64,000 bases of DNA. Source: Takakia lepidozioides. Its lineage: Eukaryota > Plantae > Bryophyta. Made by a program: the position numbers and the translations under genes. The stretch lies in NCBI GenBank assembly GCA_030704615.1, contig CM060732.1, positions 73,346,001 through 73,410,000 of the forward strand. The letters are read 5' to 3'. This document shows positions 1-7,923 of this stretch, piece by piece. The notes under the pieces were generated by a model that saw nothing but the letters and a program-made list of their open reading frames with translations, was not told the DNA's origin and did not search any database. Numbering within the stretch: position 1 is the first letter of the stretch; each line of letters opens with the position of its first letter.

Positions 1-180
1 AGCCTGCGCGACCGAGCTCCTGCATGTGTTTAGATTTGAGTGTGCTTATGTAGGGGTACAGGTTGTTGTGGGGTGGAGTCCCCATAGCTTGGGGTGCCCC
101 TGGCTCGACTACTATTTTCTAAGAGTGATGGTTTGGTTTTCATGTTTTGTGTAAACAGTGTGTTCGTTGGTTTTCTATCA
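1..180 (+). repeat. 3' part of the 5' LTR
   Basis: 178/180 identical to 11573-11752; ends ...TTCTATCA. Confidence 0.92.
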
Positions 181-193
181 CTCGAGAAAGATG
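181..193 (+). promoter_or_regulatory. Putative self-priming primer-binding site (non-tRNA)
   Basis: CTCGAGAAAGATG directly after the LTR-terminal CA is the reverse complement of LTR-internal CATCTTTCTCGAG (11557-11569 in the 3' LTR). No TGG-initiated tRNA PBS is present here. Confidence 0.75.
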
Positions 194-1040
194 CTCTCTT
201 ACCTGTGAGTGCAAGGTAGGAGTTGAGGGTTAGCACTTGCAAGATTACCTGCGTATAAGTAGTGATTAGTTTGAGAAGCATATCATTGAATGTGACCACA
301 AGATTCAGCGTGCCCTGAAACGCCTGGAGGATGACGATGCCAGAGCCGCCATTGTTATTGCAGTCGCTGAAGCTACCAAGTCACTAGAGGCTTTGGGGTA
401 CACAAGGAGATACTTAAAAATGCAGCAGCAAATGCTAGTTGGCACCTATGCATGATCCTTGAAGCTGGATGATCGTTTCACCAGTAAGCTTATAGAGGAG
501 CTCTTCTGGTCTTGTGTGTCATGTCTGAAGGCTTCATCGCATACCACTGATCCTCTTTCAAAGGAACAACCGCTTGACTGTCCAGGCTTTGCAGAATCAG
601 AAGCTTGAAGTCACAACGAACGATGATGATGATGTGGAACAGTGGGTGGAAGCTTGTCTTCCAAATTTTTGGCAGCAGATGACACTGCAGCGCGGAAAAG
701 AATGCCTTGCTCGGAAGAAGGCTCTGATCCAACTAGTTGTGTGTATCTGTGACTTGGCAGAGGACTGGGCATAAATGACATTTGGTGGGTCTCAAAAGTG
801 GGTCCACATCTGAACGTTGTCACTTGGGGCTGCAAGTTATCGTGATTCAGGGGTGACTCTAACTGAATCACCATTGACAAGGACAGTAGTGGCAAGTGCT
901 GTTTAGGGAAGACACCACTGTGGACGACTTGATTCATGTGATAGAAGGCTAAATACAGCAGTGGTGGGACTAGCCAACAACCGACAAGGCAATCCAGCAT
1001 GCAGTACCTGGACAGTTTCTTTTTTTTTTCAAAATGGATT

Positions 1041-1620
1041 GCAGGGATATCAGCAGATGAGAAGGCAAGACTGCTACACTGTGTTGTTGTAGGTGGTGGT
1101 CCTACAGGGGTGGAACTCAGTGGTGAGCTCAGTGACTCATCAGGAGAGACGTCTACGGCTAGTTCGGCCATGTGAAAGATTTTATCCATGTCACACTTAT
1201 TGAGGCAAAGGAGATTTTTTTTCATCTTTCGATGTTCGACTCCGGGAGTACGCGACCAGGCACCTGATCAAGGGTTTGGAGGGATAAGCTGGAGGGTCTT
1301 AAATGCATAACTGTTTTCAGACTGGGGTAAAGCTGATGCAAGATGTAGTCAAGGATGTTCTGCCAGACAAATTAGTGCTTACGGATGGGACGGAGGGACC
1401 ATACGGGCTGCTGGTTTGATCAATGGGTGTTGGATTTTCTTCCTTTGTCCACTCCTTACCTGTGAAGAAGTGCCCTGGTGGAAGCTTGGCAGTTGATCCA
1501 GTTACTAATGGAAGCCCTACCGCAAACAAAGAGTGTTGCTGAGAGACAAGGAAAGTACCTGGGCAAATCTTTGAACAAGCTGGCACAAGCAGGTGGTGGT
1601 CAGGCTGGGGTCCTTTTGTA
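1041..1620 (+). pseudogene. Captured fragment of an NDA-type alternative (type II) NADH dehydrogenase gene
   Basis: Translates across frameshifts as [87 protein letters not shown] at 1417-1419; intron-like remnant ending TTTTCAG at 1320. Confidence 0.85.
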
Positions 1621-2452
1621 GATATTCTGTGGGCCTTTAATGAGCAAGTGATCCAACCATACTCTAAGCTCAGGCGTTGAGCAGCCTTACAGGTGAATCT
1701 ATAGGGTCCCGTGGGAACAATTTCTGCAGCTACACATGGTGTGTTAGTGGCCTAAGAACAGCTTAGAAATGCTTCAGTGCAAGCCCTGGAAATTGTGGGC
1801 GTCAATGCCCGTTGCAGGAAAACATGAGAGATGCGAATTAGACCAAGTTGATGGAACTTCAAGCTGGTCTTGGCTTTGGATTCCATGCAAAGACGGCCAC
1901 GTCACAGCAGGCCGCCTGTCCATAAGCCATGAAGGTGCTGCGTAGTGCATCTGCTCTTGAAATCGCCCCAATTCCTGGTTTGTAGTCTCTAGGTCTCGAG
2001 GAGGCAGGCCCACGCGCAGAGAAAAGCAAATCGTGATACCCCACCCAACTGAGGTCGAGTGTTGGAATTAACGAGCTCTTGGTGCCTGGAGAATCCTAGA
2101 GGGGAACGACCTCGGGAACTCGTAGATAACCTGGGAACAAGTTGTAATGGCAAAAGCGTTTTGGTGTTAAAAAAAAAAAAAAAAAAAAACAAAGCCTTTT
2201 TGATCTAATTTAAATGTTTAAAGAGCCTGGTTGGTCATATCTTTGTCAAATGAGCTCCGTTTGACTCAGTTTTTGAGGGGATAGCTGCAGAAAGGGGAAA
2301 TCTACCTATCTAGACCTGGTTTCTGTTTTTGGGACTCTGCTAAAAATCTATGGAATTTTTAGAGTGTGAGTGTGCCATGAAAGATCCACAATCCTGTCTC
2401 TAGAACCTGTGCAGGTCTATATTAGAGACAAATCTGTGGATGTACTCCTTGT

Positions 2453-3202
2453 ATGGCTGGGGGAAATGAGGACGTCGTTGAAGGGCAGGTCTCTTCTCTT
2501 AGCCTGTGCACCAAAGGGGACAAGATTTATGTTTCCCAAGGAACTCAGACTGATTTGAGTGGAGAACAGTTGGACGAGTTGATTGCATACTGGGAGTCAG
2601 GCATTAGCAGTAGACAACAGACTGCTGTAGTTGGCATTGAGGGCCTCAATATCGCCTTGGACAGTCAGAACTCTGTTGGAGCCAGCAGTTCTGCAGCTGT
2701 AGGTGAAATACCAAAGTGGGTGAAAGCTAGGCTTGGAACACAGCCAAAGACAGCCCCGGGGACCAAGGTGTTCAGTCACAAGGCCGTGGTGTACTGGAGC
2801 AGAGGAGCAGGAGCTACACAAGTTTGTGCAATTAGACAGTGTTGCAGTCGGACACGCTCTGCACAAGGCAACCACGAGCGGGGGTTCATTAGCGAGGACA
2901 AGTTTGTTCTGTTTGAAGGCGATGCAGTCATTCGCAATGAAGACACCCGCAACCGTCTCAAAGCTTTCGAGTTGAGAGACTATCAGACCCTACCTTTGTT
3001 TTCTTTAGTGTTCAGTGAGCGGGAGATAGGGGAGTATTGCTTTGTCTCTACCTGGCAGAAAGAGGAGGAGGGTTGGTTAGAGCGAGCTACTGTAGCTTGG
3101 GACAAGGTTAGTGGCAGGTTTCTGGACATAGATATACCTCCTACACCTTACCATCACGCAGAGCGAGGCACTTTGAGAGAAGTCTGGAAGTTGATAGCAT
3201 AG
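2453..3202 (+). CDS. Extra ORF (249 aa) upstream of gag, unknown function
   Basis: ATG-initiated uninterrupted ORF in the element leader, same strand as gag; no motif recognised. Confidence 0.45.
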   Translation: MAGGNEDVVEGQVSSLSLCTKGDKIYVSQGTQTDLSGEQLDELIAYWESGISSRQQTAVVGIEGLNIALDSQNSVGASSSAAVGEIPKWVKARLGTQPKTAPGTKVFSHKAVVYWSRGAGATQVCAIRQCCSRTRSAQGNHERGFISEDKFVLFEGDAVIRNEDTRNRLKAFELRDYQTLPLFSLVFSEREIGEYCFVSTWQKEEEGWLERATVAWDKVSGRFLDIDIPPTPYHHAERGTLREVWKLIA

Positions 3203-3721
3203 ATCAGGATTAGATCTTGCTTGGGCGAACTTCTATTCTTCCCCTCCATCTCTGTACTATTTTCATTATCTTGTACTCGTAGTTGCCAAAGCCTCTCTTG
3301 GTGGAGGCCAGTCAGTCCGGGGTTTTGGGCTGGGATATTCTGCAGGATCAGCATTGCAGCTAGATTTTGGTGTGGGGGTGTTGATGTTTTGATTTCTTGT
3401 GTTTGGATCCCCCCCAACACCTGCATGCTTGACTGTGCGCCATGTTGGTTTTGTGTGGGCGCTTGCTTTCATAGGGATTAGGCCGGATTTGATCACCGGT
3501 CAATCCTAGAGTATGCTGTCGGTGGTGAGGCTGGAGTGATGACTAGCAAGACCACCAGTGTTTCTTCTATGGTGAGGCTGGGTTGATGACCAGCCAACCA
3601 TAGGAGTTCTTGCGGTGGATGCAGGTGCAGGTGCCCTGAGCCATTGTGATACGACCCTTAAACTGCAACAGGTGCCCACCCGTGTCACTATTAGATTAGT
3701 ACTAGAGCCTTATAGTGTCAC

Positions 3722-5740
3722 GTGGAGGAGGTGCACATTGTGAGTGTCATTACGGAGTTACCCAAGGGTTTTGAGGGGAGTACGGCTACAGGCAGTAACA
3801 GTGAGAGTGGGTTCACAAGACGAGGTATTCGGTTCAGACCACCTTCACCGCCACCTTCAATTACTGTAGAGTCAGACACAGACTCGGAGGCTTCATCAAC
3901 AAGTGTGCACTTTCATTCGCCATTGTTGTGGGACGACATGGAGGAGATGTATGGAGCTACCAAGGGGCCTCGTAGGTACTCTGGAGCTGTGGGCACAATT
4001 GAGTTGGATGATTTTATCCAGGAGTTTGACAGCTGGTGTGATTTGCAGCAGATGCGCAATCCACAGCTATTCACCCCATTCATGGCGTGGAAGGGACTGT
4101 TCCAGCATTTGGAAGGCCCGCCTATGGACGATTACCACGAGTTCAGGCGAGGACATGAAGCAGAGATTGAGGAGTGGAGGATGTATTGGTCACCTGACTA
4201 CGTCTCCATTACTCGAGGCACGACGCGACCAGTAGCTACATCAGTACCAATAGCTCCCACTGCCAGCACTAGTAGTGGAGCAAGTAGTGCTGGTACTTCT
4301 GCAGGTGGTACCAGTTCAAAAGGTGCTACTACTCCTCCTGCCACGACTACAATACATGTGCCTAGATTCAACCCGGTGGTGGAGTTCTTCCAGGATTTGC
4401 GGAGGAACTACCAAGGTGTACGGACAGAGAAGCTGCGAAGTTTGCAAGACTTCCAGCGCAAACCCAGTGAGAGCCTACGAGAGGCGTACACTCGTATGAG
4501 GCGCTTGATAAGTGTGACCCAAGGGGTTACTGAAGCTCAGGCAATCCAGTTTTGGTATGGAATTCTGGACAAGGAGCTCAAGAGAAGGGTGCGAGATGCA
4601 ACCCTGTTACAAGCAGCCCAACCCACATTAACAGATGTGTTTCTACTGGCTGAGCGGATTGAGCTCAACATGGTGGAGGAGCGAGTTGTTACAATTGGAT
4701 TTGGCAAGGACATGCCTGTACGGGGCACAACTGTCAGCCCACAGGCACAAGGGACTGCCCAACAGCGTGGTCAGGGGGGCAAGGTTGCCCAGCCCAAGTT
4801 CCATGGAGCTTACAGGGGACCTCAAGTGCAGAGGCCCGTGGCATCTTTTGCAGGCCAACAGCAACCAGGGGTGATATGTTGGACATGTGGAGGACCCCAT
4901 GTCAAGAGAGATTGCCCAGAGAGTGGCAGAAGGCCAGCACAAGCACAGCCTGCACAGTTGCAGTGTGTGCATTGTGGCAAGTATGGGCATGGAGATGCCC
5001 AGTGTTATGACTTGCATCCTGAGTTGCGCCCAGGCCAGTTCCAAGGGAACAATGGTGGCCGGGGGCGAGGTGGACCAGCCCAGAGAGGACGAGGTGGTCG
5101 GGCACGAGGTGCAGGCCAAGGGCAAGCTCAACATGGCCAAGGACGCGGTGGTCAGGGCGTTGATCAAGGCATGGCCAACCGGCTTCAGCAGCTAGAGCAG
5201 AGGCTCGCTGCCATGGCTATAGCTCAGGCGGTACCGGCTCCCAGGCGGGATGGTCCACCTCCTGCTCCTGAGGGAGGAGATATGGGAGGCATGGGATTCA
5301 TGTGCGGAGCAGCACTACCACTAGAGCAGGTGGAGTCTGCTGCAGCCGTGACTCGAGGAGCAGCACGAGTTCCTGAGCCACGAGGTGCAGAGGTGGAGTT
5401 GGATCCACAACGTGGGGAGGCAAGCCGTCAGGCGAGGCTTCCTCAGTCATTCACCTTGGCGGAGACAGTGTCAACGCCATCCATGGCACCTAGTTCTCGC
5501 CCGACTGTTACCGAGGCGGAGGTTACTATGCCATTGGGGAGAGCTACACGTGCAGCACTGACACCTGCTACCAAGGCTAGTGCAGCCGGTGTGTTATTGG
5601 GGGCAGCCACCTCTGTGTGTCAAGCCCCACTGTTCTCGGCAACCATGATTGCGACGCCGGGGGTGAGACCAGCTGCAGTGTTCAGACTAGCAGCAACACT
5701 CTGTGAGAGTGGGAGGTCACTTCATCTTCTGCGGAGTTAG
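3722..5740 (+). CDS. gag: Gag (capsid-like region, two zinc knuckles, RGG-rich tract)
   Basis: FQRKPSESLREAYTRM capsid-like segment; CWTCGGPHVKRDC and CVHCGKYGHGDAQC knuckles. The true start is uncertain (first ATG at 3938). Confidence 0.88.
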   Translation: MEEVHIVSVITELPKGFEGSTATGSNSESGFTRRGIRFRPPSPPPSITVESDTDSEASSTSVHFHSPLLWDDMEEMYGATKGPRRYSGAVGTIELDDFIQEFDSWCDLQQMRNPQLFTPFMAWKGLFQHLEGPPMDDYHEFRRGHEAEIEEWRMYWSPDYVSITRGTTRPVATSVPIAPTASTSSGASSAGTSAGGTSSKGATTPPATTTIHVPRFNPVVEFFQDLRRNYQGVRTEKLRSLQDFQRKPSESLREAYTRMRRLISVTQGVTEAQAIQFWYGILDKELKRRVRDATLLQAAQPTLTDVFLLAERIELNMVEERVVTIGFGKDMPVRGTTVSPQAQGTAQQRGQGGKVAQPKFHGAYRGPQVQRPVASFAGQQQPGVICWTCGGPHVKRDCPESGRRPAQAQPAQLQCVHCGKYGHGDAQCYDLHPELRPGQFQGNNGGRGRGGPAQRGRGGRARGAGQGQAQHGQGRGGQGVDQGMANRLQQLEQRLAAMAIAQAVPAPRRDGPPPAPEGGDMGGMGFMCGAALPLEQVESAAAVTRGAARVPEPRGAEVELDPQRGEASRQARLPQSFTLAETVSTPSMAPSSRPTVTEAEVTMPLGRATRAALTPATKASAAGVLLGAATSVCQAPLFSATMIATPGVRPAAVFRLAATLCESGRSLHLLRS

Positions 5741-7923
5741 TGGAAGGTATAGTGGCAGAGGGATCCTCGGATTTGAGGGTCAAGACTGCCAAGGCTGCGC
5801 CATGGCAAGTTGCAGCTGCCAGGTTGACGGAGCTGCCAGCTAGGCCAGCCATTGAGCGCGCCATGGTGACACCTGGAGTTGTCTTGTTAGACAACCAGGG
5901 AGGCATTTTCACTTTGAGTGGACCGGCAGGCAAGAAGTACCGGCCACTGCGGGTCTTGTTGGACTCAGGAGCTCAGCCACTGATGTTGGGCAGAGCTGCT
6001 ATTGCAGGTTTGGGCCTCATGGAGGCGGATATGGAGCCTTGTCCTTTCCAGATACAGACATCTCTGGGAGGATCAGAGCAGGCTCGCGGCATGACACGAC
6101 ATCAGTTGGCTATTAGACTGCAGCCGGATCATCCTGTAGATGGCTCAGTGATGCGAGCCAAGGCCATTGTGACAGACGCGGTCTCTTACGATGTCCTCGT
6201 TGGTGGGGCAGTGTTATACCCCATGGGCTTCACCCTGGATTTCTGGGAGGAGTCAGCATCCTACAGGCCTGGATGGCAGTCAGGGGATGGTCGCCGTGCA
6301 CAGCTCCCTGTGACATTCATTGGGGGTATTGCAGCTGCCCAGCGGGGCAAGATGCCAACACTAGCCGCCTTCACAGCTGCAGTTAGTTGGCCTGGAGAGT
6401 TGCTGGAAGGCAATGCCCATGCAGAGGATGTGCCACCTCCAGCAGAGCAGGATGACATGCATGGTACGGCGGAGTTGCCTGCCATGGTTGCTCACACTCC
6501 GTTGTGGGGTACGAGCAAGGATTTGCAGCAAGCTGCTGATGGACGGGTGCAACAAGCTTGGGTAGAAGCTTTTGTACCGTCAGGAGAGGAGGAGAGTGCG
6601 GTGATTGCACCAGGGCCACCTCAGTTGTCGCCATTGGACACCACATCTCTTGTGTGGCAGCGGCCGGATGAAGGCATTTGCCTTCTGGACTTGTTTGGCG
6701 GGATCAGCACCGGATTGGCTGCTGTGCTACAGGCAGGTGTGCGCATAAGGCGTTACCTGTATGTGGAGAGGGATGAGACTGCACGACGCGTCTCACTGCG
6801 CCATGTGGCTCAGTTGGTACAGCAGTACCCTGACTTGTTGCCTGTGTCTGCAGTTCGTGGATACCAACAAGCCTTGCCAGCAGACATTTCCTTGTTGGGG
6901 GCGCAAGATTTGGAGCAGGTTGGCTCCATTGATCTGATAGTGGCAGGTTGGCCCTGCCAAGGGCATTCATCAGCCGGGCATGGCAATGGATTGCGAGACT
7001 CGAGGACGGGTCTGTTTTGGGAGATGGTGCGGATTTTGCGCTGCTTGCAGCTTCATCAAGCTGTATCTCCAGCATACATCTTGGAGAATGTACCACTGAT
7101 GGGTGATTCTCGGGCCAGGGTGATGGCCAGTGTGCATCAAGTCCGGTCGTGGCTTGGGTCAGCAGTATTGCTGGATGCAGCTGCAGTGGGGTCACGGGCT
7201 CATCGTCCACGACTATGGTGGACTAACTTGATGCCACCCGCACTGCTCAAGCGTGCATTTGATGGGGTGCAGCGGCCAGCACACCTCACCGTGGATGGCA
7301 TTTTGGACACAGGAAGGCAGTCTCAACGTGTGAGACACGATGACCGTTCGCCTTTGGCAGTGGTCAACAGGGTGGGTCAACCACGAGCAGCATTACCTAC
7401 ACTGCTCAGCTTCCCAGGATCCCATGCTTTTCGGGATGGTGGACCTGGCCTCTTGTGGGATGCTCAGTTGCAGCAGTTAGTGGAGCCTAATGCCGACGAG
7501 CGAGAGTGGGCTATGGGGTTTTCCACTGGGACCACGGCGGTGCCTTCTCTTTCTGAGGCATCACGTCGTCAGGTGTTGGGGCAAGCAATGGATCTCAATT
7601 GCTTGACCTGGATTGTCAGCTTGGCTATGGCTGAGCAACGTAGAGTGCGGAGTGCACTTCCCTTGACGGTCTCTCTGCCTACCGAGACGGTACAGGCAGC
7701 GAGTGGGGGCGAGCCGGTGAGGACCACGAGGTGTAGACATCCATGGCACATGTGGGAGGTGCTCGAGGTTCAGAGGGAGTTGGCAGCGAAGGCAGCTGTG
7801 ATGGATGGGGTTGGGGATTCTTCTCGGGATGAGGAGGTTCTCAATGATGAGACGATGGGGCAGGATGAGGCCTTGTCATTGACTGAGCAGGAAGGGGGTA
7901 CTGCTCAAGAGGTTGCAGCATAG
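5740..7923 (+). CDS. Pol N-part: aspartic protease plus C5 DNA cytosine methyltransferase (DNMT3/DRM-like, about 6673-7620)
   Basis: VLLDSGA protease site (~5962). MTase motifs: I LDLFGGISTG, II YVERD, IV AGWPCQG (Cys codon 6955-6957), VI ENV (7084), VIII RPRLWWTN, IX EREWAMGF, X RRQVLGQAM. Confidence 0.93.
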   Translation: MEGIVAEGSSDLRVKTAKAAPWQVAAARLTELPARPAIERAMVTPGVVLLDNQGGIFTLSGPAGKKYRPLRVLLDSGAQPLMLGRAAIAGLGLMEADMEPCPFQIQTSLGGSEQARGMTRHQLAIRLQPDHPVDGSVMRAKAIVTDAVSYDVLVGGAVLYPMGFTLDFWEESASYRPGWQSGDGRRAQLPVTFIGGIAAAQRGKMPTLAAFTAAVSWPGELLEGNAHAEDVPPPAEQDDMHGTAELPAMVAHTPLWGTSKDLQQAADGRVQQAWVEAFVPSGEEESAVIAPGPPQLSPLDTTSLVWQRPDEGICLLDLFGGISTGLAAVLQAGVRIRRYLYVERDETARRVSLRHVAQLVQQYPDLLPVSAVRGYQQALPADISLLGAQDLEQVGSIDLIVAGWPCQGHSSAGHGNGLRDSRTGLFWEMVRILRCLQLHQAVSPAYILENVPLMGDSRARVMASVHQVRSWLGSAVLLDAAAVGSRAHRPRLWWTNLMPPALLKRAFDGVQRPAHLTVDGILDTGRQSQRVRHDDRSPLAVVNRVGQPRAALPTLLSFPGSHAFRDGGPGLLWDAQLQQLVEPNADEREWAMGFSTGTTAVPSLSEASRRQVLGQAMDLNCLTWIVSLAMAEQRRVRSALPLTVSLPTETVQAASGGEPVRTTRCRHPWHMWEVLEVQRELAAKAAVMDGVGDSSRDEEVLNDETMGQDEALSLTEQEGGTAQEVAA

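Noticed and set aside
1-3525. A very long (>3.5 kb) LTR model
   Set aside because: PPT-TG...CA boundaries give a 436-bp LTR, and a self-complementary PBS follows position 180. The shared sequence near 3230-3525 is better read as leader.
3522-3540. TGGTGAGGCTGG as a tRNA PBS
   Set aside because: Not adjacent to the LTR end, and I recognise no matching tRNA 3' end.
5707-5740. Programmed -1 gag/pol frameshift
   Set aside because: No X XXY YYZ heptamer in the ~30-nt overlap; a single G loss explains it.
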